From the NCBI GenBank assembly GCA_963785235.1, contig CAWAUM010000010.1, forward strand, positions 32,001 to 96,000: a DNA stretch of 64,000 bases, written 5' to 3'. Of the stretch, positions 20,474-30,161 are shown one piece after another. The notes under the pieces are model-generated. The model had not been told where the DNA came from. It made no database searches and saw only the letters and a list, made by a program, of their open reading frames with translations. Both the position numbers and the translations under genes were made by a program. Position 1 is the first letter of the stretch. The number at the start of each line of letters is the position of its first letter. The DNA is from an uncultured delta proteobacterium. GTDB lineage: Bacteria; Desulfobacterota; Desulfomonilia; UBA1062.

Positions 20474-23023
20474 TTACTTGGCAACAATGCCCTTCACACC
20501 CCCGGATGTAAGGGTGGCGATATTGGTAAGAACCACAGGAAGGGACAAGGTCGTGGGAGAGGCCAGGTAACGTGGCCGCCACTGGGGCTGGAATTTTTCC
20601 TTGTACTGACGAAGACCCTGGAAATTGTAAAAATTCTCCACATGCTTGAAGAGAAACCCGCCAATGCGGTTCCACAGGGATGCAAGCGACTTGTCGGAAA
20701 GACCTGCCAGTGGGGCCATGCCGAAATTAAACCAATGATACCCATTGGCTTTGCCCCACAGCATGAGATGTATGAACAGGTAATCCATAGTTCCACTTGG
20801 TGCATCAGGGGTATATCTCATAAGATCAACCGACATCTCTTCCACCCTTCCCGAAGACCAGATATTTGCAAAGGCCAGGATTTCATCCCCTTTGCGAATC
20901 AGCCCAATGGGGAATTGTGCAATGTAGTCCTCCCTGAAATACCCGAGAGAAAAGCCCTTCTCCCTGGTATTCTTTTCTTCTAGCCAGGCATCCGATATCC
21001 TTCGAAGGTCACCCATGATCTGAGATACGCCGCCACGCTGAACCACCTCAAAGGTATATCCCTCTTTGCTCAGCTTGTTGTATGTATGCCTCAGCTCTTT
21101 TCTGGGGCCTCCTTCCAGGCTGAAGGATTCCAGTTCAACCCTGCCTTCTTCCCCAAGCTTAACCAGTGTCATACCGAGGTCGATATACACATGAAGGTTT
21201 TCTGATCCAACCTCATAGAAAACAGGCCAGCCGCCGAAACGGTCACATAGTTCACAAAATTGCCAGGCCAGTTCCTGCCACTGGGATTTCGGACCTATGG
21301 GATCACCCATGGCAATCCAGCTTCTGCCGCTGACCGTGTACATAATGAAGGCCTTGCCGTTTTCGCTGAACAGAAGAGTCTTGTCATTAAGCAGTGCAAG
21401 ATTTGCATGAGAATCAAGTGATTCCCTTATTATCGGCAAGGCCCTTTCAAGATCGTTTCCGGTTCCTGCTATGGGTGGCCTGGAGTAAGGATGAAGGATC
21501 TTTGCAAATGCATACGTAAGGGCTGCAACAAGCGCACCTACAGCTGCCCTTAAAGACCGTGGCGCATCGGCCTGGAACGCAAACACCCACCACAGATCCG
21601 TTGAATATTCCACATGCTTGTAGGAAAAATAGGTGAGCCATGCAGTTGAGATAAACACGATCCCCATAACAAAAAGCCAACCCGCGGTGAACCTTCCGCC
21701 CAGAAGGGAACCTTTCCTGTAGAAACTGGGTCTTGATGGTATCAGGATCAGGAGCAAGATGAGCAGGACAGATGCCTGCTCATATTCAAGCCCCCTCAAA
21801 AGGGAGAGGACAATGCCGCCGATAACAAGTGCAACGCTCAGGTAATAAGCAGTATCGAGTCTTCTCTGAAGTCCCCGGGCAAGGATAAGAAGCCCTACAC
21901 CGAAAATGCTTCCGAGAAAGTGTGAAACCTCGATCACGGGCAGAGGCACATATGAACTCATTTGAGCAAGCCTGTCGCTGATATCCGGGGTAGCGCCGGA
22001 GAAGAGCAGGATAACACCGCCCAGGAAGGCAATAACGGTAAGGACCGGAGGGACCATATAAGGAAGCCACCGCGTAATTGCCTGTGCGCCCCACTGCAGG
22101 ATCTGCTTGCGCTGAAAAACTTCTTCTATCCCAAGGATTATGGCGGCAAACAGCAACGGAAAGATATAATAGGTCAGCCGGTAAATAACCAGTGAGCCGA
22201 TGATCGAAGAAGCAGGCATAATAGGTGAGAGAAAAACCAGGATTACAGCCTCGAATATCCCCAGCCCGCCGGGGATCTGACTAACCAACCCTGCGAACTG
22301 CCCGATCAGGTATATTCCGATAAAGCTCGGCAATGGAAGACCTGGGGGTAAAAGTACATACAGGATACTACCGGCCAGAGCCCAATCGAGCGTTGCTATT
22401 GCTACCTGGGGGAGGAACAGTCTGGCCGGCGGGATAGCGATCTCAATCTCACGGAATCTGAGCGCCCTCTTCTTTGTCATAACCATTGCGGCATAAATGA
22501 GTATTGGGAAAAGAAAGAGAAATCCCAGCGGTCGATCGGTTGCGAAGGGCATATGGAGTGCCTTGGGTATAACGAGAGGCTCTGTCAGGAATACCCCTGC
22601 ACCAAGGGTTAAAAAACCCATCCAGATACTTATGGTGTTAAAAAAGATAACCTTGGTGATCTCGAGGGCTGACAGACCCCAGGAGGAATAGAGCCGGTAT
22701 CTTATGGAGGCCCCGGCAACCATGGAAAAGCCGATATTGTTACTGAAGGCATACCCGATAAAGGAGGCAGTGGCTATCTTTCTGAAACCCAGCGGCTTGT
22801 TTATAAACCGTAAAGCAAGAAAATCATAGCCGGTCATGATCAGATAACTGAATATGGTAAGTGTAACGGCTATCAAGACCTGCTTGGAGGGTATCCCGTG
22901 GAGGTATTGGAGGATTTCGTGAAGCCGGTATCTTTCAAGCTCCTTATGAAGGACCCATAAGGCTGCACCGAAGAGAATGAGCCCGATGGATGCCCCTAAG
23001 GCCTTCAGTATACGTCCCCTCAA
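20474..23023 (-). CDS. mprF: Bifunctional aminoacyl-phosphatidylglycerol flippase/synthetase
   Basis: PGGLGIFE flippase motif, many TM segments, GDPIG, EKGFSLG, VDLMR, GMAPL, YNFQGLRQYKEKF. Confidence 0.95.
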   Translation of the reverse strand: MRGRILKALGASIGLILFGAALWVLHKELERYRLHEILQYLHGIPSKQVLIAVTLTIFSYLIMTGYDFLALRFINKPLGFRKIATASFIGYAFSNNIGFSMVAGASIRYRLYSSWGLSALEITKVIFFNTISIWMGFLTLGAGVFLTEPLVIPKALHMPFATDRPLGFLFLFPILIYAAMVMTKKRALRFREIEIAIPPARLFLPQVAIATLDWALAGSILYVLLPPGLPLPSFIGIYLIGQFAGLVSQIPGGLGIFEAVILVFLSPIMPASSIIGSLVIYRLTYYIFPLLFAAIILGIEEVFQRKQILQWGAQAITRWLPYMVPPVLTVIAFLGGVILLFSGATPDISDRLAQMSSYVPLPVIEVSHFLGSIFGVGLLILARGLQRRLDTAYYLSVALVIGGIVLSLLRGLEYEQASVLLILLLILIPSRPSFYRKGSLLGGRFTAGWLFVMGIVFISTAWLTYFSYKHVEYSTDLWWVFAFQADAPRSLRAAVGALVAALTYAFAKILHPYSRPPIAGTGNDLERALPIIRESLDSHANLALLNDKTLLFSENGKAFIMYTVSGRSWIAMGDPIGPKSQWQELAWQFCELCDRFGGWPVFYEVGSENLHVYIDLGMTLVKLGEEGRVELESFSLEGGPRKELRHTYNKLSKEGYTFEVVQRGGVSQIMGDLRRISDAWLEEKNTREKGFSLGYFREDYIAQFPIGLIRKGDEILAFANIWSSGRVEEMSVDLMRYTPDAPSGTMDYLFIHLMLWGKANGYHWFNFGMAPLAGLSDKSLASLWNRIGGFLFKHVENFYNFQGLRQYKEKFQPQWRPRYLASPTTLSLPVVLTNIATLTSGGVKGIVAK

Positions 23024-23100
23024 GGCATGCCCCCGTAAGCCTCACTCATAAAGAAAAATACCTATCATTATATATGATCACACGATCATCTAATAACTCG

Positions 23101-23397
23101 TCACTCCAAGAATAACTCAGGCACCCTGCACGGTTTAACATCGACAGTCTGCCAGACCTTACCGGTTATATACGGCTCTGTTGCAAGGTAATGTTCCAGC
23201 TCATCCTGGGATTCAAAATTCATGATAAGCATGGAACCCTTCATGATACCATTATCATCAATGAGCGCGGCGCCATACAGCGCCTTTCCCTCTTCCTTGA
23301 GCTTCGTGATGGATCCGAGATGCCGCTCACGGGCAGCAAGTCTTCGTTCCAGAGCTTTCTCATCAGATCCGTCATATGCGATGATGAGATAGTGCAT
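23101..23397 (-). CDS. YciI-family protein
   Basis: YLIIAYDG, RRLAARERHL, GSMLIM, EPYITG.VW. Confidence 0.9.
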   Translation of the reverse strand: MHYLIIAYDGSDEKALERRLAARERHLGSITKLKEEGKALYGAALIDDNGIMKGSMLIMNFESQDELEHYLATEPYITGKVWQTVDVKPCRVPELFLE

Positions 23398-23480
23398 AAT
23401 CATTCCCCCCAGTCCTGGAGTGAACCTTAAAACATACCACCGGATCTTCAGAATGAACAGCGGCATTATCAGGTTATGCC

Positions 23481-24392
23481 TTATGTCTCTGCCCCCCGCG
23501 ATAAAAACTTTTGAGCTTCATGGCAGATTGCTGCAGCAGCCGGATTCATGACCCGCCTTTCTACTGTTACGGCATAGAAGCGTTGTCTCACATCCGGAAG
23601 TCGGCCTACAGTCTCCACCATGAACTGGCGTTTTACCTCCTCCACAATAATGGAAGGCGCAGGGAAAAGCCCGATTCCCATCTGACCAAAGGCATTTAAA
23701 AGGGCATTGTCATCGAACTCACCCATGATCTGCGGACGGATGTCATTTTCTTCAAACCAGTGATCGAGTGCCCTCCTGAGAGCTGTGTTTTCACTTGGCA
23801 GGAGCATGGGAGCACCATTCAATGAAGATGGGAACTTACTGTGATACCTTGAGACGAATTTCTTTTTGGCAAGAAAGGAGATATCGCTTTCGCCAAGCAG
23901 GTGGTTGAATGCCTTCACCTTTATATGAGAACTTGCCGGGGCATCCATCAGGATCACATCAAGCTCATGCAAGGCCAATTCAGCAAGAAGTCGCTCAGGT
24001 TTGTCCTCCCTGCAGACTAACTGCACGGAGCCGGAAAGACGAAGTGCGGGTTCAAGCAGTTCCCGGGCAATGAGTTTGGGTATGATATCCGCCACACCGA
24101 CAGTCACCCTCAAGGGCCTTCCTATGGGTCTGTCATTCAGTGTGTCCTGGAGCTCTTTCCCTAACCTGAAGATTTCATCAGCATAGCGATAGACCATGCG
24201 TCCTGTCTCGGAGAGCATGAGCCTTCTCCCGCTTTTTACAAACAGCTTTTCCCCAAGCGAGTTTTCAAGAACCCTGATCTGTCCGCTGATTGCCGATGGA
24301 GACAGGCTCAGTTCCGTACTGGCTCGCGCAAGGCTTCCTTCACGGGCAACGGTCCAGAAATAAAGGAGATGATGGTAGTTCAGCCATTCCAT
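23481..24392 (-). CDS. nhaR: NhaR-like LysR transcriptional activator
   Basis: MEWLNYHHLLYFWTVAREGS HTH, LAELALHELD, GEFDD.AL; divergent from the 24571 operon. Confidence 0.88.
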   Translation of the reverse strand: MEWLNYHHLLYFWTVAREGSLARASTELSLSPSAISGQIRVLENSLGEKLFVKSGRRLMLSETGRMVYRYADEIFRLGKELQDTLNDRPIGRPLRVTVGVADIIPKLIARELLEPALRLSGSVQLVCREDKPERLLAELALHELDVILMDAPASSHIKVKAFNHLLGESDISFLAKKKFVSRYHSKFPSSLNGAPMLLPSENTALRRALDHWFEENDIRPQIMGEFDDNALLNAFGQMGIGLFPAPSIIVEEVKRQFMVETVGRLPDVRQRFYAVTVERRVMNPAAAAICHEAQKFLSRGAET

Positions 24393-24570
24393 AAACTTAT
24401 TGTTACTTCGTTTTATTGGAACTATCAATACCGAATTACATTATTGTGGAAACATGCTTTATTGGATACACTCTTTTGTTAGGGAAAGAGACCGGACAAT
24501 ACTCTCAACCCTCCCCCACTCCGGGCATCACTCGCTGATGCCCGGAGAATTAAATAAAAAAGGAGTCCAC

Positions 24571-24870
24571 ATGATTTGCCCACGATGCAACAAACCAACT
24601 CTGGAAGAAAAGGACCGCGATGGTATCACCATAGATGTTTGCCAGGTGTGCCGAGGGATCTGGCTCGACCGCGGAGAGCTTGAAAGGCTCATGGCCAGGG
24701 TCGATCAGGAGCAGGAAATAAATACTATGGGATATGGCAGGGAGAAGGAAAACATTGGTCACCATGAACGCCACGATAGCCACCATAGAGATTATTCACA
24801 TGGCGATAAGCATGGGCACGAAGGCGGCCATCACAGGAAAAAACATTGGCTGTCTGAAATATTTGATTAA
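24571..24870 (+). CDS. zf-TFIIB zinc-ribbon protein with His-rich tail
   Basis: CPRC..IDVCQVCRGIWLDRGEL, His-rich linker, KKHWLSEIFD; RBS AAGGAG. Confidence 0.88.
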   Translation: MICPRCNKPTLEEKDRDGITIDVCQVCRGIWLDRGELERLMARVDQEQEINTMGYGREKENIGHHERHDSHHRDYSHGDKHGHEGGHHRKKHWLSEIFD

Positions 24871-24912
24871 TTAACCGTGTCTCTTGACCGAGAATAGTAC
24901 AAGCAGAACAAC

Positions 24913-25836
24913 ATGCAATTGAACACCATGGAGATGACAAAAACCCAGGCAACCACTGAGAAAAAAAGGGTGGCCCTGACATCCGTCTTGGCAGCGGTTT
25001 TATTGACCGGGTCCAAGCTGATCGTCGGCATACTCAGTGGTAGCCTTGGTATTCTCTCCGAGGCGGCCCATTCCGGCCTGGACCTTTTGGCTGCCGGCAT
25101 GACATATCTATCTGTGAGGGTATCTGGCAAGGAGGCTGACCGCAAGCACACCTATGGCCACGGGAAGATCGAAAATCTTTCAGCCTTTTTTGAAACCCTG
25201 CTTCTGCTTGTGACCTGCGCTTGGATATTTTATGAGGCAGGAGAAAGGATTCTTGGATCCAAGCAGATCCATGTAGATGCAACCATCTGGACATTCCTGG
25301 TCATGATTCTCTCCATCATTGTAGATTTCGGGCGTTCTCGTGCGCTTATGCGTGCAGCAAAGAAACATAACAGCCAGGCCCTTGAAGCAGATGCCGTGCA
25401 TTTTTCAACCGACATCTGGTCTTCTTGTGTAGTTCTGTTGGGGCTTGGATGTGTGTGGCTGTCCTACAAACTGGGTTTGCCCTGGCTTGAAAAAGCGGAT
25501 TCCATTGCTGCCCTGGGTGTCGCTGTTATCGTAGTCGGGGTTTGCTTCAGGCTGGGCATGAAATCCATTAATGTCCTCCTTGACGGCGTAACCCCGGGCT
25601 TACAAGAGAAGATCGAATCAGCCACATTGAATATACCAGGAATCCTTGCGGTAAAAAGGGTGCGGGTGAGAAGCAGTGGCCCGGAACTCTTTGCTGACAT
25701 TACCGTAACCATGGAGAAAAATATAAGCATTGAGGAAAGTCATAAAACTGCTGATGAAGTTGAACTTCAGATTAAGTCTGAATTCCCTAATATGGATATC
25801 GTAGTGCATGTGGAACCTGAGGCAGGAACAGCATGA
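24913..25836 (+). CDS. Cation diffusion facilitator transporter (FieF-like)
   Basis: SEAAHSGLD, HTYGHGKIE, ADAVHFSTD, C-terminal VHVEP. Start may be a few codons later. Confidence 0.92.
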   Translation: MQLNTMEMTKTQATTEKKRVALTSVLAAVLLTGSKLIVGILSGSLGILSEAAHSGLDLLAAGMTYLSVRVSGKEADRKHTYGHGKIENLSAFFETLLLLVTCAWIFYEAGERILGSKQIHVDATIWTFLVMILSIIVDFGRSRALMRAAKKHNSQALEADAVHFSTDIWSSCVVLLGLGCVWLSYKLGLPWLEKADSIAALGVAVIVVGVCFRLGMKSINVLLDGVTPGLQEKIESATLNIPGILAVKRVRVRSSGPELFADITVTMEKNISIEESHKTADEVELQIKSEFPNMDIVVHVEPEAGTA

Positions 25837-25935
25837 CGCGCATTAGTGATAAAATGAATCGGTCAAAGGCACTTATGTACCCAGCTTCATCAATCTCTAG
25901 GCATACAGGAGATATTTTAAATACAGGAGGTTCAC

Positions 25936-26315
25936 ATGGGTTTAGATGACCTTATCAAGCAAAAATATCACCGCAAGTCTTCTCACCACGATCATGATGA
26001 AAACCACTATGAAGGCCATCATGACCGCTATGATCATCACGATGATCATAGCGGTATTATCATGGAGGACATCATAAAGGTCATCACAAACTAGAGCTAA
26101 TCCGCTCGATTTTAAACTCTCTCCCGCATAAAAAGGCACTGTTGGCAGGAGCTCTCATTATTGGTATCATAATGATTATCGCAGGGATCGCCCTGCTCTG
26201 GGCTTTATTCCCACTTATAATCCAGGCAGTCGGGTATGTGGAGGCAAACGGTATCAAGAGTATTGTAGATAGTGTATTGCCGTATGCAGAAAAACTCTGG
26301 AAAGGTAATGGATAG
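25936..26315 (+). CDS. His-rich membrane protein (frameshift ~26054; absent from ORF track)
   Basis: RBS AGGAGG, MGLDDLIKQKYHRKSSHHDHDENHYEGHHDRYDHHDDHS, then in another frame YYHGGHHKGHHKLELIRS...hydrophobic segment...EKLWKGNG*. Confidence 0.75.
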
Positions 26316-26412
26316 ATCCTCTCATGGGGAATCATCTTTTTGTCTTGTCTTGAACAATGCCCAATACTACAGAGTAGGTAAGAAATTCATTTTGAAGAGA
26401 TGGAATAGGTAA

Positions 26413-27027
26413 ATGGAAGAGATAATCCTTTGGCTTGTAAAGGTAATCGGGGACATGGGATATGTGGGCATTCTCCTGCTCATGGCCATGGAAAGCTCCC
26501 TGTTCCCGGTGCCGAGTGAGTTAGTCGTCCCTCCTGCAGGATATCTTGCTTCACAGGGACAGATGAATATCTGGCTGGTCATCTTCTTTTCTACACTCGG
26601 CAGCCTTATTGGCGCCCTGTTCAATTATGCCATTGCCTATTATCTCGGCAGGCCGTGGATACTCAGGTATGGCAAATACTTCCTGATCCCTGCCGAGAAA
26701 TTTGCCAAGGTGGAAACATTCTTCCTGAAGCATGGCGAGATAAGCACCTTCACCGGCAGGCTCATCATTGTTGTACGTCACCTCATTTCGTTGCCTGCAG
26801 GCCTTTCAAGAATGGACCTCAAACGTTTTATCATTTTCACCCTTGTGGGGTCCTTTATCTGGGTTTCCATACTTGCCTATATTGGTTACATCGTGGGCAA
26901 CAACATGGACCTGGTGAAATCGTACTATAAGCAGGCTGTCATGGGTCTTGTTGTTATAATGGCGATTGTATTGGCAGTGTACATAGTCTGGCAAAAGAAA
27001 AGGGTAAGAATAAAAGCGGAAGATTAA
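26413..27027 (+). CDS. DedA-family membrane protein
   Basis: ESSLFPVPSE, GRPWI, GRLI..VRHLISLPAG. Confidence 0.92.
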   Translation: MEEIILWLVKVIGDMGYVGILLLMAMESSLFPVPSELVVPPAGYLASQGQMNIWLVIFFSTLGSLIGALFNYAIAYYLGRPWILRYGKYFLIPAEKFAKVETFFLKHGEISTFTGRLIIVVRHLISLPAGLSRMDLKRFIIFTLVGSFIWVSILAYIGYIVGNNMDLVKSYYKQAVMGLVVIMAIVLAVYIVWQKKRVRIKAED

Positions 27028-27044
27028 TATACAAGGAGCAGAAA

Positions 27045-27908
27045 ATGACCAAAAGAATTTTACTCTTCATTATGACGAATGTCCTCGTAATGGTAACCGT
27101 CTCGCTGATCATCAACGTGCTGGGCTTGGGTCATTACCTGACACCCTATGGAATAAACTGGGTGGCCCTTGCTGCCTTCTGCGGCATCTGGGGCATGACT
27201 GGGGCCTTTATATCATTGGCATTGTCTCGGTTTATTGCAAAAAAGGCCATGGGCGTTCAGATAATCGATTCAAACCCCAACCATCCGCTCGTGATGATGG
27301 TTGATCTTTTACGCCAGAGGGCAGGACTCCCAATGCCTGAGGTCGGGATCTATGACTCGCCCGAAATGAATGCATTCGCCACCGGACCAACGAAAAAGAG
27401 AAGCCTCATAGCCGTTTCATCAGGCCTGCTCAACAAAATGAGCAAAAACGAGATTGAAGGCGTACTTGCCCATGAAATAAGCCACATTGCCAATGGAGAC
27501 ATGATCACCATGACGTTGATTGCCGGCGTGGTCAACTCCTTTGCCATGTTCCTGTCAAGGATCGTCAGTTACTTCGTCAGTCTGAGTGTCAAGGAGGATA
27601 TGGCATACATCGTGAGGTTCGCCCTGACAATTGCACTGGATATTCTCTTCAGCATCCTTGGGTCTATTGTCGTTGCCTTCTTCTCCAGATCAAGGGAATT
27701 CAAGGCGGATATGGGCGCTGCCACGATTGCAGGCAAGGATAAGATGATTGCAGCGCTTGAAAACCTTCAGCGGAACTTTGAGCCTATCGACAGGAGGGCC
27801 GCTTCTCTGGATACTCTCAAGATTTCAGGCAAAAGCGGATTTCTTGCATTGTTTTCAACACATCCGCCCCTTGAAAAGCGAATCGAGGTGTTAAGAAATT
27901 CACATTAA
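27045..27908 (+). CDS. htpX: Membrane zinc protease HtpX
   Basis: NAFATG, AHEISHIANGDM, SRSREFKAD, FSTHPPL. Confidence 0.93.
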   Translation: MTKRILLFIMTNVLVMVTVSLIINVLGLGHYLTPYGINWVALAAFCGIWGMTGAFISLALSRFIAKKAMGVQIIDSNPNHPLVMMVDLLRQRAGLPMPEVGIYDSPEMNAFATGPTKKRSLIAVSSGLLNKMSKNEIEGVLAHEISHIANGDMITMTLIAGVVNSFAMFLSRIVSYFVSLSVKEDMAYIVRFALTIALDILFSILGSIVVAFFSRSREFKADMGAATIAGKDKMIAALENLQRNFEPIDRRAASLDTLKISGKSGFLALFSTHPPLEKRIEVLRNSH

Positions 27909-27962
27909 TCCGGATTTTGCGTTTAAGCCCAGATTCTATATGTAAGAGGTGTAAAACAACTT

Positions 27963-28658
27963 TTAGGGATAATCAGACAAATGCTGGCTGAGATATCCCT
28001 TGATATAGCGTTCCACCCGCTCTTTTGGTTTGTAGATGCCGAAATGGCCCTCACAGAGTATGTCGGCCCTGAGTTCTAAAAGCTTATTCATGGATTCCCT
28101 CCATTGGCTGATGTCCGACTTGAATTCCCGTGTGAAGGGGCCGTGGATATCCTGCCCGAAGAGTACTCTGCTTCCCTGTCTGTCCATGTAAACCGATATG
28201 GACCCCGGTGTATGCCCCGGGGTGTGAATGCAGTGGAGAACATCTGCTCCGCAGGCAATGATCTCCTGATCCCCCTTTAACCGCCTATCCACTGATGTCT
28301 TTGGCAGCCTGGTGTTGTACCAGTGAGCAGCCGTGAGCATGGGGTCGCCCGACTCAATGGCATCCGCATCAAGCTCATGGGCAACAACAGTACAGTTATA
28401 TTTTTCCTTGAAATATGACACGGAACCGATATGGTCCACATGACAGTGGGTCAGAACCAGCGTGGTAATCCTTTGGGGGTCAAGGCCCGCATCTACGATA
28501 TTCTCAACTATGGCATCAGGGTCCTTGCCTGCACCGCAGTCTATCATCACAAGGTCCTGCCCGCAGGTAATGACAAACACGGAAGCATCATAGGGGTCGG
28601 AGAGATCTGAACCGCCTACCTGATAGATGCCCTCTACAATGACTTCATATTCACCCAT
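27963..28658 (-). CDS. MBL-fold metallo-hydrolase
   Basis: THCHVDH, TPGHTPGS, CEGH. Confidence 0.9.
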   Translation of the reverse strand: MGEYEVIVEGIYQVGGSDLSDPYDASVFVITCGQDLVMIDCGAGKDPDAIVENIVDAGLDPQRITTLVLTHCHVDHIGSVSYFKEKYNCTVVAHELDADAIESGDPMLTAAHWYNTRLPKTSVDRRLKGDQEIIACGADVLHCIHTPGHTPGSISVYMDRQGSRVLFGQDIHGPFTREFKSDISQWRESMNKLLELRADILCEGHFGIYKPKERVERYIKGYLSQHLSDYP

Positions 28659-28694
28659 ATCTTACCTCCCTAATAAGGGGTAACATAGAGTTTA

Positions 28695-30075
28695 CTACCT
28701 TGATTTTAACCTGCGGTCGAGAAGGACTTTAAGGGTGAAGATGGCTCCCGGATCGGCCTGGCGCACCACATCGATCTCGCCATGGATCTTCACCATGGCT
28801 ATACGGGCCTCGGTCAGGCCAAGTCCGGTCTTCATGGGGTCTGTTGAATAGAAAGGGGCATAGATGGTCTGAACCTTGTCTTTGATACCCGGGCCAAAAT
28901 CACGTATTGAGATCATTGCGTAATTTATATCACGTGATATATCGATTATTACCTCGGGAGTGCCGGTCTCGATGGCGTTCTCCAATATCCTGTTGAAGGC
29001 CACTCGCACATGTTCGGGGTCACAGAAGGCATTGATGTTCTTCGGGGCATTCACCCGTACAGGGATAAGCGGCTCAAACATGGACACACATTGGCGAATG
29101 AGCCCGCATACCTCTACCTGGGAGCATGAAGGCTCCATCTTCATGAGCATCTCATAGCGCTCAATGCGGGTAATCATGTCTTCTATTCGTTTAATGGAAG
29201 AATAGATGCCTGACAGCGCCTGTTCCCACTTTCTAGTCTTTTCACCCTTTTCGCGTTCCAATCTCCTGATATAGGCACCGATGATGGTAAGAGGATTTCG
29301 CAGTTCATGGGACAGCCCGTTGATCATCTGGCTCAGATCATTGGCCTGGATGGTAAGCCTTCGCTGCATGGCCCTGATATCGGTGATATCCCTGCCGATG
29401 ATGGAAAGTGAATAGATGCGGCCTTCTTCTTCCAGGGGCGTGCTCAAGAGCGAAAAGATGCCGATCCTCCCGCCCAGGAGGGACATTCTCACCTCAGCTC
29501 GAATAGGCACCCCTTTGTTAAATCCCTTGTCAAGCATGGCATCAAGGTTTGAGCGATCCTCCTCAACAACGAATTCAACAAATGATCTGCCAAGGATAGA
29601 AGTTTCCTTTTCTTCAAGGTAATTCTTGAACGTATCATTGCAGAACATGATCTTGCCGGAAGGACCTAGGATAAAGATGAGATCATTGGCGTTCTTGATG
29701 ATGGCTTTGTGCCGTCTGCTGTCGCGCAGGATCACCCTCTGCTTTTCCTTTATGGTAAGATCCTTTTCGCCCAATGACCTGATGAGCATGTCTCCTACCT
29801 CGAAAGATTCCCTCATCTCGTTGTACAGCATGGCCATGGCATTAATAACCGCCCCATCCTTCGGGATAACCCCCATGACTGAAGAAGGCGTCCTTTTAGG
29901 GGCCATGCCTTCATGCACCAGGTAGATGCGGCGGGAGCCCGATGTCTCTCCCCTTCAATGCCTTTGGGTTATCGATAAAAAGAAGACAACTGTCCTCGGT
30001 CTCTTCGAGGGAATGAACATGCTTGAGAACGACCCCCTTTGGTGGATTTATTGTACCCATCCAGTATACATCCAT
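28695..30075 (-). CDS. PAS-domain sensor histidine kinase (frameshift ~29950)
   Basis: PAS, H-box SHELRNPL, N-box ENAIE, DFGPG, GLGL. N-terminus MDVYWMG... joins by removing one G. Confidence 0.85.
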
Positions 30076-30161
30076 AGGCACTCATTCGGGAAAATGACCT
30101 GATTTCTTTACTAATTATAGGGAATATTGCTTATACCACTAGTTTCGGGTACAAAAACTCC

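Noticed and set aside
25942-26335. Two small minus-strand ORFs in the track
   Set aside because: Shadows of the plus-strand His-rich gene, which has an RBS and fits the operon direction.
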